Positions 1 to 11,800 of a DNA stretch of 53,760 nt are shown in pieces. The stretch's first letter is position 1. Every line of letters starts with the position of its first letter. The notes beneath the pieces are model-generated. The model searched no databases and had not been told where the DNA came from. It saw only the letters and a list, made by a program, of their open reading frames with translations. The position numbers and the translations under genes were made by a program. Source of the stretch: Mariniblastus sp. (GTDB lineage Bacteria; Planctomycetota; Planctomycetia; Pirellulales; Pirellulaceae); contig JBDNHU010000229.1 of NCBI GenBank assembly GCA_041688615.1, forward strand, positions 1 to 53,760, read 5' to 3'.

Positions 1-186
1 ATTCCAGTTTTCACCGATTTTTTGATCGGCGTCGAAGCTGAAATGCGTAAGGTGACTTGGCCGACCAATAAAGAGCTTTACCGTGGCTCAGTCGTGGTTT
101 TGTTTGTTGTGGTTTCTTTAGCAGCATTGATGTTCTGTTTTGACTTAATTTGGACGTTTATCTTTTCGCAGATGGGTATTCGTTAG
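1..186 (+). CDS. secE: Preprotein translocase subunit SecE, C-terminal part (5' end outside window)
   Basis: Frame +1 is open from the window edge and reads ...GVEAEMRKVTWPTNKELYRGSVVVLFVVVSLAALMFCFDLIWTFIFSQMGIR*. This is the SecE motif (E..KV.WP...E) followed by one TM helix. Stop TAG at 184-186. It sits in the canonical position directly upstream of nusG. Confidence 0.7.
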   Translation: MPVFTDFLIGVEAEMRKVTWPTNKELYRGSVVVLFVVVSLAALMFCFDLIWTFIFSQMGIR

Positions 187-268
187 TTTTGCGTTTTGGC
201 GGCGCGCGTGCTTTTTGGCCGTCGTTTAGCTGGTGTTTTGATGCTGATGCTTTGGTATCGGAAATGGT

Positions 269-1264
269 TTGGGATTGGTGATGGAAGACGAACTGAACAA
301 CGAGATTGAATCTGATCGAGACACCCCGGGTGCGGTTTCGGCTGAACAATCTGCCGAGGCTTCGTCTGATCCTGTTTTGCCTGATGCGGATTTGCCGGGC
401 GAAGCGGTCGTTGTAAAGGCAAAGTCATTCTTGCCGGCGATCAATCTGAACGAGAAGACCGATGCAAGGAGAGGCAAGGTCACTGCGGTTGATGACGATG
501 TGCCGGATGATGACGATGTGCGTCCCCGCGATGTTCGGCCCAGCGAGGTTGCTGCTGTCGGATCATCGAAGGTGGAAGCTAAAGATGTCGTAGTGGATTC
601 TGGTGATGCTCAGGAGGTGGAGCCGCCCGTAGTAGTGAAGATGCCGGTTGATCCTGATGATGATCTGCCTGCGGTTGATGATCCTGAGGAGAATGTTGAT
701 CCAGCGACTTTAGAGAAGAGTTGGTACATTTTGAAGGTTCAGGTGAATCGGGAGACCTCGATTTGTGAGACCTTGAAGCGTCGGGTGCAGCAGTACGGGC
801 TGGGTGATTACTTTGGCGATTTACTGGTTCCCACAGAAGATGTTCGTGAATACACGAAGGCGGGTAAGCAGCGGATTGTAAAGCGTAAGTTGTATCCGGG
901 TTACATCATGGTGCACATGGCGATCACTGAAGATTCTTGGTGGTTGGTTCGAGACACGCCAGGAATTGGTGATTTTACCGGCGTGGGTGGTAGGCCTGCT
1001 CCGCTGGCTGCTGAGGAAATCGATCGGATTCTGAAGGCGGCTCGTCCGGTAGTAGATGAAACCGGTGAGAAGAAAGAAGACATCAAGACCGCAATCAAGC
1101 ATAAGATGGGTGATCGCGTTCGGGTTAAGGATGGCAACTTCGAGAATTTCGAAGGCGATGTTTCAGCAATTGACGAACGGAATGGTCGGATTACTGTATT
1201 GATTAATATATTCGGTCGGTTGAATCCGGTTGAGTTGGATCACTGGCAAGTCGAGGCGATTTAG
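269..1264 (+). CDS. nusG: Transcription termination/antitermination factor NusG with a long acidic N-terminal extension (start uncertain: TTG 269, ATG 281, or ATG 641)
   Basis: The NGN domain starts at 'SWYILKVQVNRE' (about nt 719). The C-terminal KOW motif is 'GDRVRVKDGNFENFEGDVSAIDERNGRITVLINIFGRLNPVELDHWQVE'. Synteny is secE-nusG-rplK. Residues 1-150 are D/E/V/P-rich low complexity. Confidence 0.9.
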   Translation: MGLVMEDELNNEIESDRDTPGAVSAEQSAEASSDPVLPDADLPGEAVVVKAKSFLPAINLNEKTDARRGKVTAVDDDVPDDDDVRPRDVRPSEVAAVGSSKVEAKDVVVDSGDAQEVEPPVVVKMPVDPDDDLPAVDDPEENVDPATLEKSWYILKVQVNRETSICETLKRRVQQYGLGDYFGDLLVPTEDVREYTKAGKQRIVKRKLYPGYIMVHMAITEDSWWLVRDTPGIGDFTGVGGRPAPLAAEEIDRILKAARPVVDETGEKKEDIKTAIKHKMGDRVRVKDGNFENFEGDVSAIDERNGRITVLINIFGRLNPVELDHWQVEAI

Positions 1265-1400
1265 CGAGAGACTTGGTTTGTGGATGATTGACTGGCGGTT
1301 AGCCAGTTTGGTTTGAGAGTTGGGCGACGTTAAGACATTGAGATAAAGCGGTTGTGGCAAGTGTGATTCGCCACCTCAAAAGATAGAAACGGAAAGTAAA

Positions 1401-1826
1401 ATGGCAAAGCAATTAGTTGGTGTTGGTAAATTTCAAGTACCTGGTGGCCAAGCAACACCAGCACCTCCTGTTGGTACTGCGTTAGGTAAGTTTGGCATCA
1501 ACTTGGGGCAGTTCGTGTCCCAGTTTAATGAGAAGACTCGGGAATACAACGGCATGCCGATCCCGGTTGTAGTCAGTTGTTTTAACGACCGTACGTTTGA
1601 ATTCATTTTGAAGAGTCCCCCGGCGGCAGCTTTGTTGAAGAAGGCTGCTGGAATCGCGAAGGGCTCTGGAGTTCCCAATCTTACCAAGGTGGGTAGCGTG
1701 ACGATTGAACAGATTGATGAGATCTGTGAGCAAAAAATGAAGGACTTGAATGCTCGTGATCTAGAGCATGCACGAGAAATGATTAAGGGAACTGCAAGAA
1801 GTATGGGATTAGAGATAGCGGACTGA
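1401..1826 (+). CDS. rplK: 50S ribosomal protein L11
   Basis: 141 aa. Hallmark 'QVPGGQATPAPPVGTALGKFGIN' (L11 N-terminal PAPPVG.ALG motif). Synteny nusG-rplK-rplA. Confidence 0.95.
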   Translation: MAKQLVGVGKFQVPGGQATPAPPVGTALGKFGINLGQFVSQFNEKTREYNGMPIPVVVSCFNDRTFEFILKSPPAAALLKKAAGIAKGSGVPNLTKVGSVTIEQIDEICEQKMKDLNARDLEHAREMIKGTARSMGLEIAD

Positions 1827-1922
1827 AAATTAGTTTGTTATAGTTACCCCTCTCCAAAAATTTAACTTGGTTTATTTTCCAGGGTTACACCGTTAGGACC
1901 GCGAAAACGCGGGAGGTAAGAC

Positions 1923-2600
1923 ATGGCGAAGAGTTCGAAGAGATATCGCGCGCTTTTAGAAAAAGTGACTGAAAAGCCATTGGCGTTGACAGAGGCCATT
2001 GGTGTTCTGAAAGGTTTTGGTACGACAAAGTTTGACCAGACCGTCGAAATTCATATGAAGTTGGGTATTGACCCAAATCAGGCGGACCAGATGGTTCGCA
2101 GTTCATTGGTTCTTCCCCACGGCATTGGCAAGACTCAGCGAGTGGTTGTGTTTGCTAAGGGTCCGTTGGCTGCAGCGGCTGAAGAAGCTGGAGCAGATAT
2201 AGTTGGGCAGGAAGATCTTGCTAAGAAGATGGCCGGCGGATGGTTGGAGTTTGATGTCTGTATTGCGACGCCTGATATGATGGGAGTTGTTGGGCCGTTA
2301 GGTCGGGTGCTGGGGCCTCGGGGTCTTATGCCTAGTCCTCGTGCTGGCACAGTCACTATGGATGTGGCGAAAACTGTTCGTGAGTACAAGGCGGGTAAGG
2401 TCGAGTTCCGGAACGACAAGGGTGGTAATATTCATGCTGTTGTTGGGCGGTTAAGTTTCTCGCCTGAGCAGTTGAATGATAATGTAGTTGCGTTGATGCA
2501 GCACGTTGTCAGTCTGAAGCCAAATGCTGTTAAGGCGACGTTCATTAAGAGCGTGACGCTGGCTGCGACGATGAGTCCTGGGGTTCGGGTTCAGTCGTAG
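1923..2600 (+). CDS. rplA: 50S ribosomal protein L1
   Basis: 225 aa. L1-like '[15 protein letters not shown]', '[36 protein letters not shown]'. A GGAGG-like SD (gggaggtaagac) precedes the ATG. Confidence 0.95.
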   Translation: MAKSSKRYRALLEKVTEKPLALTEAIGVLKGFGTTKFDQTVEIHMKLGIDPNQADQMVRSSLVLPHGIGKTQRVVVFAKGPLAAAAEEAGADIVGQEDLAKKMAGGWLEFDVCIATPDMMGVVGPLGRVLGPRGLMPSPRAGTVTMDVAKTVREYKAGKVEFRNDKGGNIHAVVGRLSFSPEQLNDNVVALMQHVVSLKPNAVKATFIKSVTLAATMSPGVRVQS

Positions 2601-2708
2601 TTTTTGATCGCATGAAGGCTGGTCGGGTGAACTTGGTCCCGTGCTTTTGTGCAAAGTGGTGTGCGTTAACTAAATCGTTCGGTAGGCTTTGAACGTAGGC
2701 TTGGATCA

Positions 2709-3227
2709 ATGAGTAAGCTAGTAAAGAATCATATTTCGAAAGAGTTGAAGGCCCGGTTTGAAGGGGTCTCTGACTGCGTGATTGTGAATGTAGTTGGGAT
2801 GGGAGCCATTGCGACCACCAATTTGCGACGAGAGTTGCGAGATAAGAACATTTCGTTGTTGGTTGTCAAAAACAACCTAGCCCGAAAGGTCACTGAGGGG
2901 ACTTCGTTGAGTCCTGCTTTTCAGGGCTTGGAAGGTCCAGCGGCCATTGCTTTTGGTGCTGAAGATTTTGTTTCCTTGGTTAAGGGGATCGTTGATCTTC
3001 AGAAGCGGGAAAAAGAGTTTCCGACCTTCGTCGCAACTGGCGGCGTTATGGATGGTGAGCAGTTGGATGCTCAGAAGGTAGTGGCGATTAGCAAGTGGCC
3101 TAACCGCCAAGAGCAGTTGTCGATGCTTGTTGGGCAAGTTTTGGCTCCGGGAGCGAATTTGGTTGCTCAATTGAATGGTCCTGGTGGCAGGTTAGCCGGC
3201 CAGATCAAGACGAAGAGCGAAGAATAA
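2709..3227 (+). CDS. rplJ: 50S ribosomal protein L10
   Basis: 172 aa, located between rplA and rplL. L10-like N-terminus (ELKARFEGVSDCVIVNVVGMGAIATTNLRRELRDKNISLLVVKNNLARKV). Confidence 0.9.
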   Translation: MSKLVKNHISKELKARFEGVSDCVIVNVVGMGAIATTNLRRELRDKNISLLVVKNNLARKVTEGTSLSPAFQGLEGPAAIAFGAEDFVSLVKGIVDLQKREKEFPTFVATGGVMDGEQLDAQKVVAISKWPNRQEQLSMLVGQVLAPGANLVAQLNGPGGRLAGQIKTKSEE

Positions 3228-3377
3228 AATTGTGTGCGGTTGTCTCGGGTGCACTTGTTTGTGGCCGAGGGCAGCAATTGCGTTATATTTGTTTAATCAT
3301 GGTCCAGGTTGTTGGCTGTTTCTGGGAACAGGTTCGCTGACGCCATAGTAATGTTGAAGAGAAGGATATAGAAAGTC

Positions 3378-3773
3378 ATGTCCGAAGAAGCTGTAATGGA
3401 AGTTGCTGCCGAATTGAAGACTATCGGTGACCAAATCGCTGGTTTGACGCTAAAGCAAGCAAAAGAGTTGAGCGATTATCTTAAAGACGCTTACGGGATT
3501 GAAGCTGCCGCTGGTGGAGCTGTCATGATGGCCGCTGGCCCAGCTGAAGAAGTCGCTGTTCAAACTGAGTTTGACGTGATTTTGACCAGTTTTGGAGATA
3601 AGAAGCTGGACGTTGTGAAGGTTGTTAAGAACCTGACCGGCGCATCGCTAATGGACGCCAAGAAATTGGTTGAGAGCGTGCCTGCGAAAATCAAAGAGGG
3701 TATCGAAAAGGCTGAAGCTGAGAAGGTTAAGGCTGAGTTGGAAGCTGCTGGTGGCTCAGTAGATCTTAAGTAG
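3378..3773 (+). CDS. rplL: 50S ribosomal protein L7/L12
   Basis: 131 aa. Ala-rich hinge followed by the C-terminal domain '[68 protein letters not shown]'. Confidence 0.95.
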   Translation: MSEEAVMEVAAELKTIGDQIAGLTLKQAKELSDYLKDAYGIEAAAGGAVMMAAGPAEEVAVQTEFDVILTSFGDKKLDVVKVVKNLTGASLMDAKKLVESVPAKIKEGIEKAEAEKVKAELEAAGGSVDLK

Positions 3774-3827
3774 TAGGATTAGCGACAGCTAGAACTTGAG
3801 TTCTTGCAATTGAAGCAATGTTTACTG

Positions 3828-3870
3828 GCAAGCTTGGATCTTGGGATCCGGGCTTGCTGTTTGCTTTTTT
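3828..3870 (+). terminator. Intrinsic terminator/attenuator-like hairpin downstream of rplL
   Basis: gcaagcttggatc-ttgg-gatccgggcttgc forms a ~13-bp stem (including 2 G:U pairs) with a 4-nt loop, followed by the T-rich tail tgtttgctttttt. It starts 55 nt after the rplL stop. Confidence 0.6.
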
Positions 3871-4640
3871 GCTTGAAATTCGTAGTTGGGTGTCATGTAG
3901 ACAGTCTTGATGGTATTTCGTAGACTGATCTGCTGTTGCGTAGATTGCTGATATCGCCTCTCCAGCCTCAAAAAAGACTTTTGCGTGCAATTCAAGCCAA
4001 ATTTTTCTCCCAGTTGCGTCTTGGCTTCCGCTGTGGATGGGGTTCCTCGTACCGAGGTAGTGCCCGTTTCGCCTGCATGGAAGCAAGTGTTAATTGAGGA
4101 GGATTTTTTTATTGCTATATATTGGTTGCGCTACCGGTACGCGCTTATGGTGTCGTACTTTTTGCTTTTCTTGAGAGTTTAGCTCGGTTTCGCAGTGTTG
4201 GGTCGCTTTTTCTGTCGTCGATTATTCGGTGGTCTTGGGGTTTTTGGCCCCGAGTGGTGATTCAGCGGCGAATGGCGATTTGGTAGGTGGGGATGGTTGA
4301 CGTTTCACGATATTTTAGTGGGCTGTGTTCGGTTTACGCTCCGACGCATGTCGCGAGGGTATTGGGTTTAATCGAGACGCAGTTTGATTGTGGAGCGTTG
4401 GATTGCGGAACCCTTGGCGGTATCGCACGTTTTTACTCGGATTGGCCCGCGACTGGCAAGGGCGAAATCTGGGTTTGAGTTCAGGTGGTAAGGAGGGGTC
4501 GGCCTGTCGAAATTGTCAGGAGGGTCTGAAATTTCTGGAGTTGACTGGCCTTTGCCAAGCTTGTGTTTTTAGATTATCGGGACTGCCAGGATGGTTTGTT
4601 CAGTTTAAGTTCTGTCCTTTGGCTGGTTGAAGTGCCGGTC

Positions 4641-4664
4641 CAGTGCCAGTGCCAGTGCCAGTGT
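4641..4664. repeat. Hexanucleotide microsatellite (CAGTGC)x3 plus one degenerate unit in the rplL-rpoB spacer
   Basis: Direct reading: cagtgccagtgccagtgccagtgt, preceded by the related aagtgccggtc. Confidence 0.85.
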
Positions 4665-4944
4665 CTGTGGAAATGGTGGCGAAGGGATTCGCGTTCTCTG
4701 TTTAGTACGACACTAGAGTTGGGGCTGACTTAGAGGCATGTTCTTTAGAAGTTGAGTATAGTTTGGGGTTGACGATTGCAATTCGTTTGGATGCGTTGTG
4801 GTTGTCGGGCAGGTTGGGTTTGGTTGGATTTTGATTCAAGGCATTGGCCGGCTTACTGATTCGATTGTTTAGCACTGCGGTGTGGATCGAAGCCTGGAAT
4901 AGTCGGTTATTGGTTCGATGTAATTTTTTGGAGTATCGTAAAAG

Positions 4945-7900
4945 ATGGCTACATCAGCTCAGCGACGTTTGCGTCCGACTGAAGTACGACGATTTGGTTC
5001 AGGAACTGAGTATCCAGCGCCTCCTGATTTAACTCGAATCCAAACTGATGCTTATGCAGCATTTTTGCAGTTAGAAGTTCCTAGCGATAAGCGGAAGGAG
5101 CAGGGGATTGAAGGCGTATTGCGCGAGATATTCCCAATCATTAGTTATGACGGCAATATTCAATTGGATTATGTTCGTTATGAACTGGGCAAGCCGCGTT
5201 ACACTCCCGAGGAGTGTCGGTATTTGCGTTTAACTTACGGGATGCCGTTCCGAGTTTGGTTGCGTTTAAACAAAGAGCAACCGGTTGAAGAGGAAGTGTA
5301 CCTTGGTGACATTCCTGTCATGCTGGGCGGTGGCGAATTTATTATCAACGGTGCTGAGCGTGTTGTCGTCAACCAGTTGCACCGAAGTCCGGGTATCGAC
5401 TTCATCATGGAAGCGGACGGAACCAGCGACCGTAAGTTTCCTAGTTGTCGCGTGATCCCCGAGCGTGGAAGTTGGATCGAGATCAACAGCAACAAGAAGG
5501 ATTCGATGACGGTTCGGATCGACCAAAGCAGTAAGTTTTCGGTCCTGACTTTGCTGCGGGCGATGGATGCTAAGTATAGTGAAGATTCTGATATTCTGCG
5601 GGCGTTCTATGAGGTAGAAGTTGCCAAGATTTCTGATCGTCGTAGCGCTTCGAAGTTGCTTGAAAAAATCGCCGTAGATGACATTGTTTACCCTGTGGAT
5701 AGTGATCGTTCGGGTGAAATCATTGTGGAGGCTGGTGGCCGAATCTCGGAAGAATTGGCTGAGATCATTTGCAGCAGTGGCGTGAAGCAAGTCGAGGTGA
5801 TCGACGCTCCGAAAAATCAACTGTTGTTGAACTCGTTGGCCGAGGATAACACAAGCAGTCACGAAGAGGCGTTGATGCGGATTTATCAGCGCTTGCGTCC
5901 GGGTAATCCTCCAAGTCTTGAGCGTGCGAGGACTTTGTTTGAGGAGAAGTTCTACGATCCCAATCGTTATCGTTTGGGACGAGTTGGGCGTTTTCGGATT
6001 AACCGCAAATTGGATTTGGGGATCCCTGAGCGTGAAATGACGCTCAAGTCGATTGATATTTTGGCCAGCATCAAGTATGTGATCGAACTTTCGACGCGTG
6101 GTGGCAACGCCCAGATCGACGATATTGATCACTTGGGTAATCGTCGTTTGCGAACGATCGACGAATTGGCTTGCGATGAAATGCGCAAGGGCTTCTTAAA
6201 GTTGGCTCGGACCGTCAAAGAACGAATGAGTCTGAAGGATCAAGAAGAAATGACACCGCGGGTTTTGGTGAACCCAAAGAGCATTTCGGCTGCGATTGAG
6301 TATTTCTTTGGTCGTGGTGAATTGAGCCAAGTGGTGGATCAAACCAATCCACTGAGTCAGTTGACCCATGAACGACGATTGTCGGCACTTGGCCCTGGTG
6401 GCTTGAACCGAAAGCGTGCGGGCTTTGAAGTTCGCGACGTTCACATTTCTCACTATGGTCGAATTTGTCCGATTGAAACGCCAGAAGGAACGAACATTGG
6501 TTTGATCACTTCGTTGGCGATGTATGCCAGTGTTGATGATTACGGATTTTTGGTAACGCCTTACCGCGTTCTTAAAGACGGCATGTTGACATCGGAAATT
6601 GAATACTTGCGGGCGGACCAGGAACGCAACGTGTACGTTGCCCCTGCAGATACGCCGCATGACGACGGCAAGATCATTGGGCAGAAACACATGGGTGGAG
6701 CGATTATTGCTCGATTCGGTGGTGACTTCCAAATTGTTCCGCCCGAAGAAGTTCAATTCATGGACGTTGCGCCCAACCAGATGGTAGGTGTTTCGGCTAG
6801 TTTGATTCCATTCTTGGAGCATGATGATGCGAACCGCGCTTTGATGGGTTCGAACATGCAACGGCAAGCGGTACCTTTGTTGGTGACGGACCCTCCGATT
6901 GTGGGCACCGGTGTTGAGCGAACGGTTGCCGAAAACTCCAGCATGTTGGTTCGTGCCCGCCGTGGCGGCAAGGTCACTTATGTAGATGCTCTTCGGATCG
7001 AAATTGGTTCCGATATTTACTACATGAAGAAGTATCTTGGGTTGAACGAACGGACTTGCCAGAACCAAAAGCCGATCGTTATGCCTGGTGACAAGGTTAC
7101 CAAGGGCCAGGTGTTGGCCGACGGAGCGGCGTCGTTCCAAGGCGAATTGGCATTGGGCCGAAACGTGTTGGTTGGTTTTATGTCGTTTGACGGTTTCAAT
7201 TTCGAAGATGCGATCATTATTAGTGAAGAGCTAGTAAAGGGTGACGCTTATACGTCGATCCACATTGAAGAATTCGATTGTGAGATTCGTGAAACGAAAC
7301 TGGGTCGTGAAGAATTCACTCGAGATATTCCAAGTGTTAGCGACAAGATGCTAAAGAACTTGGATGACAACGGCATCGTTCGGGTCGGTACTTACGTAAA
7401 GCCTGGAGACATCTTGGTTGGTAAGGTTTCGCCGAAGAACAAGACCGAACTCACGCCTGAAGAGAAACTGTTGTACGCGATTTTCGGTCGTGCTGGCGAA
7501 GATGTCAAAAATGATTCGCTGGAAGTTTCGTCGGGCATCGAGGGGATTGTGATTGACACCCAGCGTTTTGCTCGCCGTACCAGTTTGACCGAAGAAGAGC
7601 AAAAGGTATTCGATCAGGATCTTAAGGCGATCGAATCCGAGGGCAATCAAAGCATTGCTCGTGCCTTGATTGAAATGTGCAATGCAATGGCGGAAATCGC
7701 AGGTAAGCCTGTGACCGATGAGGATGGCGTTGCGTTGAACGACACGCAGGACACGAAATACCTGGCTGCGAAAGCTGGTTTGTTTCGATTGGACTGGGTT
7801 GTGGGCAGCATAAAGAGTGAAGACAAGATCAAATTGGTCAGCGATCTTCACCGGGACATGTGGCCGTTGGTTGAGCGAGCAATTGATCGTCGTAACCAGC

Positions 7901-8676
7901 GATTGAATAGCATGAATGCTGGAAACGAACTCCGCAGCGGAGTTCTTCAAATGGTCAAGGTTTATATTGCGACCAAGCGAGTGATCAGTGTTGGCGACAA
8001 GATGGCGGGTCGTCACGGTAACAAGGGTGTTATTTCCAAGATTCTACCTGTGGAAGACATGCCGTTTTTAGCAGATGGCACACCACTACAGATCATGCTT
8101 AATCCGCTGGGCGTTCCTAGCCGCATGAATGTGGGTCAGATTCTTGAGACTCACCTGGGTTGGGCTGGTGCCAAGCTTGGGTTCCAATCGTTGACTCCTG
8201 TATTTGATGGTGCTTCTGAAGCCGACATCATCAAGTGCATGGTCGAAGCTGGGCTGCCTCGAACTGGAAAAGCTCGTTTGCACGATGGTCGAACGGGTGA
8301 ACCGATGGAACAGGACACAACCGTTGGCTACATCTACATGTTGAAGTTGCATCACTTGGTTGATGACAAGGTCCATGCCAGAAGCACGGGTCCTTATTCC
8401 TTGATCACGCAACAACCGCTGGGCGGTAAGGCTCGATTTGGTGGCCAGCGATTTGGGGAGATGGAAGTCTGGGCGTTGGAAGCTTATGGTGCCGCATTCA
8501 TTCTTCAAGAGTTGTTGACCGTCAAGAGTGACGATGTCGAAGGTCGTACCAAAATTTACGAATCGATGGTTAAAGGTGAGAACACGCTGGAGGCTGGAAC
8601 TCCGGCAAGCTTTGATGTTCTAACCAATGAGATTCGTGGTTTGGCGTTGAATATGCAACTAGAGAAGCGACGTTAG
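4945..8676 (+). CDS. rpoB: DNA-directed RNA polymerase subunit beta
   Basis: 1243 aa. Conserved blocks include '[13 protein letters not shown]', '[11 protein letters not shown]', '[14 protein letters not shown]', '[10 protein letters not shown]', '[15 protein letters not shown]' and '[19 protein letters not shown]'. Confidence 0.98.
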   Translation: MATSAQRRLRPTEVRRFGSGTEYPAPPDLTRIQTDAYAAFLQLEVPSDKRKEQGIEGVLREIFPIISYDGNIQLDYVRYELGKPRYTPEECRYLRLTYGMPFRVWLRLNKEQPVEEEVYLGDIPVMLGGGEFIINGAERVVVNQLHRSPGIDFIMEADGTSDRKFPSCRVIPERGSWIEINSNKKDSMTVRIDQSSKFSVLTLLRAMDAKYSEDSDILRAFYEVEVAKISDRRSASKLLEKIAVDDIVYPVDSDRSGEIIVEAGGRISEELAEIICSSGVKQVEVIDAPKNQLLLNSLAEDNTSSHEEALMRIYQRLRPGNPPSLERARTLFEEKFYDPNRYRLGRVGRFRINRKLDLGIPEREMTLKSIDILASIKYVIELSTRGGNAQIDDIDHLGNRRLRTIDELACDEMRKGFLKLARTVKERMSLKDQEEMTPRVLVNPKSISAAIEYFFGRGELSQVVDQTNPLSQLTHERRLSALGPGGLNRKRAGFEVRDVHISHYGRICPIETPEGTNIGLITSLAMYASVDDYGFLVTPYRVLKDGMLTSEIEYLRADQERNVYVAPADTPHDDGKIIGQKHMGGAIIARFGGDFQIVPPEEVQFMDVAPNQMVGVSASLIPFLEHDDANRALMGSNMQRQAVPLLVTDPPIVGTGVERTVAENSSMLVRARRGGKVTYVDALRIEIGSDIYYMKKYLGLNERTCQNQKPIVMPGDKVTKGQVLADGAASFQGELALGRNVLVGFMSFDGFNFEDAIIISEELVKGDAYTSIHIEEFDCEIRETKLGREEFTRDIPSVSDKMLKNLDDNGIVRVGTYVKPGDILVGKVSPKNKTELTPEEKLLYAIFGRAGEDVKNDSLEVSSGIEGIVIDTQRFARRTSLTEEEQKVFDQDLKAIESEGNQSIARALIEMCNAMAEIAGKPVTDEDGVALNDTQDTKYLAAKAGLFRLDWVVGSIKSEDKIKLVSDLHRDMWPLVERAIDRRNQRLNSMNAGNELRSGVLQMVKVYIATKRVISVGDKMAGRHGNKGVISKILPVEDMPFLADGTPLQIMLNPLGVPSRMNVGQILETHLGWAGAKLGFQSLTPVFDGASEADIIKCMVEAGLPRTGKARLHDGRTGEPMEQDTTVGYIYMLKLHHLVDDKVHARSTGPYSLITQQPLGGKARFGGQRFGEMEVWALEAYGAAFILQELLTVKSDDVEGRTKIYESMVKGENTLEAGTPASFDVLTNEIRGLALNMQLEKRR

Positions 8677-8825
8677 TCTAGTACGTTGTCCTAATAGTTC
8701 ATGATATTGTTTTTGGTGTGACTTAACAGTTTTGAATTCAATCCGATCGCAGGCCATTCCAGTTTATCTGGGGGCCGGTGAATTGGTGAAATATAAGAGC
8801 AGTTTTGCGATAGGAGCAAATCCAC

Positions 8826-11800
8826 ATGGCAGTTGCCGACAGCTCATACGATCGCGTGAATGATTACGCTTCAGTGAAAATCAGCTTGGCTCGTCCCCAA
8901 GATATTCGAGGATGGTCGTTTGGCGAAGTAAAGAAGCCAGAAACCATTAATTACCGAACTTATCGTCCAGAGAAAGACGGTTTGTTCTGCGAAAGAATTT
9001 TCGGTCCTGAGAAGGACTGGGAATGTGCCTGCGGTAAGTATCGCGGCATGAAGTACAAAGGCATGATTTGTGACCGTTGCGGTGTGAAGGTTACTCACTC
9101 GCGTGTTCGCCGCAAGCGAATGGGGCACATTGAATTAGCCGCCCCAGTGGTTCACATCTGGTTTTTCAAAGCGATGCCAAGTCGTCTTGGAAACCTCTTG
9201 AACATGAAGACGACCAGCTTGGAGAAAGTAATTTATTTTCAAGACTATGTGGTAACCAATGCTGGCGAAACCGATTTGGAAGTTCAGCAATTGCTGACCG
9301 AAGATGAGTATCGTGAAGCTCGCACTCAGTTTGGCGACAAAGCGTTTGAAGCCGAGATGGGTGCTGAAGCGATTCGCAAATTGCTATGTCGCTTGAATTT
9401 GGTTGAACTGTCGGAGAAACTTCGCATTGAGTTGGTTGAAACCAATTCCAAGCAGAAGCGGAAAGATTTGACCAATCGATTGAAGATTGTTGAATCGATT
9501 CGTGACAGCGAAAATCAGCCAGAGTGGATGGTGTTGGACGTGATTCCTGTGATCCCGCCTGACCTTCGTCCCTTGGTGCTGTTGGATTCAGGTAACTTCG
9601 CCACCAGCGATTTGAATGACTTGTATCGCCGAATCATTAATCGCAACAATCGCCTTCGCAAGTTGGTCGATTTGAACGCCCCTGAAGTCATTATCCGAAA
9701 TGAAAAGCGGATGCTTCAGCAATCGGTAGATGCATTGTTTGACAACAATCGCTGCAAGCGTCCGGTGTTGGGAAGCAGCAACCGACCTCTTAAATCTTTG
9801 ACGGACATGATCAAAGGTAAGCAAGGTCGTTTCCGCGAAAACTTACTGGGAAAACGCGTTGATTATTCGGCGCGAAGTGTGATCGTGGTGGGCCCGCGTC
9901 TGAAGCTGCATCAGTGCGGTCTGCCCAAGAAGATTGCCTTGGAATTGTTCCAGCCTTTCATTATTCGTAAATTGAAAGAAAAGGGACACGCTGACACGAT
10001 CAAGAGCGCCAAGAAGATGCTTGAGCGTAAAGACGAGGAAGTTTGGGATATTCTGGAGCAGGTGATCAAGAATCACCCGGTTCTGTTGAACCGAGCCCCA
10101 ACGCTTCACCGGATGGGTATTCAGGCATTCGAGCCGATTTTGGTCGAAGGTAATGCGATCAACTTGCATCCGTTGGTTTGCAAGGGTTTCAATGCTGACT
10201 TTGACGGTGATCAGATGGCGGTTCACCTACCGCTTTCAATCGAAGCTCAAGTCGAAGCTCATACGTTGATGATGTCCACCAACAACATTTTCGCACCGTC
10301 CAATGGAAAGCCGATTATGTCGCCTTCCCAGGATACGGTGATGGGTTGTTACTACATCACCTTGCCGCTACCCAACCAAAAGGGTGACGGCATGAAGTTT
10401 GGTAACTTTGCCGAAGTTGAAATGGCTCATAGCCAAGACGTGCTGGACATGCATGCAACGATCACTTTGCGTCTGCCAAAGTATCAGCACAACCGTTCCA
10501 CCGAAGACGAACGTAGTGTGGAAGCAGGCGAGAGGATTCAAACGACTTACGGCCGTTTGATGTTCAACATGATGTTGCCTGCTGGCTTGGATTACTACAA
10601 TTACACGATGAAGAGTGGTAATTTAGCGAACGTGATTTCGGATTGTTACCAGGATCTGGGACGTCGTGCGACTATCAAGTTGTTGGACGATATGAACCAA
10701 CTTGGTTTCCGCGAAAGCACCCGCAGTGGTCTTTCGTTTGCGACCGATGACTTGGTAACTTCGGAAGAAAAAGAAACCGTTATTGGTGAAGCGGACAAGG
10801 AAGTGGTCAAGCTTCGTAAGTTGTACGAACGTGGCGTGATCACTGCGAAAGAACGCTACAACAAAGTTCTCGAAGCATGGACGAGTGCTCGTGAAACGAT
10901 TACCAATAACATGATGGAGGCCATGAAGAATGATACTCGTGGCGATACCGGTTATGTGAATCCTGTTTACCTGATGTCGGATTCTGGTGCACGGGGTGGT
11001 CGTGAACAGATTCGTCAATTGGCAGGTATGCGTGGTTTGATGGCCAAGCCAAGTGGTGAAATTATTGAAACGCCGATTAAGGCGAACTTCCGCGAAGGAC
11101 TGAACGTTCTGGAGTATTTCTCCTCGACGCACGGTGCTCGTAAGGGTTTGGCTGACACCGCGTTGAAGACTGCTGACTCGGGTTATTTGACTCGTAAGTT
11201 GGCCGACGTTGCTCAAAATGTTGTAGTTACGATGGAGGATTGTGGGACCAAGCAAGGCATTACCAAAGGCGTTGTCTATCGTGGTGAACAAGTAGAAGTT
11301 CGCTTGTCTACTGCGATCAATGGTCGAGTTTCGTTGCACAACATTGTCAATCCATTCACTGACGAAATGATCGTTCGTGAAAATGAAATGATCACGGTTG
11401 AATCAGCCCGGAAAATCGAACAGATTGGTCTGGAAAGAATTCAAGTTCGTGGGCCAATGACTTGTGAAGCATCGCTTGGTTGCTGTCGCCGTTGTTACGG
11501 TATGGATATGTCGACCGGTGCCATGGTGGAAGAAGGCATGGCTGTGGGTATCATCGGTGCCCAAAGTATCGGTGAACCTGGTACCCAGTTGACGATGCGT
11601 ACGTTCCACATTGGTGGTACCGCGACGATGACAAACATCGATAGCGATGCCAAGGCGCGTAAGGCTGGTACTGCTCGCTTTGCTCGGATGCGTTTCGTGC
11701 CCAACTTGGATGGCGACAACATCGTTTTGACTCGGAACGGCGAGATCCAGATTTTGGATGATCGTGGTCGTGAAGTTGAAAAACACAAAGTTCCTGCAGG

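Noticed and set aside
3766-5032. ORFs in the rplL-rpoB spacer (3766..4086 minus, 3985..4182, 4287..4478, 4388..4630, 4844..5032)
   Set aside because: They are short, mutually overlapping, Cys/Trp/Arg/Gly-rich, have no SD or recognisable motifs, and one runs into rpoB out of frame. I treat them as non-coding (see the spacer finding).
5235-8508. Long minus-strand ORFs inside rpoB (e.g. 5266..6132 at 288 aa, 6196..7140 at 314 aa, 7351..8016 at 221 aa)
   Set aside because: They lie entirely antisense to an unmistakable rpoB reading frame. Their translations are R/S/L/T-rich and domain-free, as expected for shadow ORFs of a codon-biased gene.
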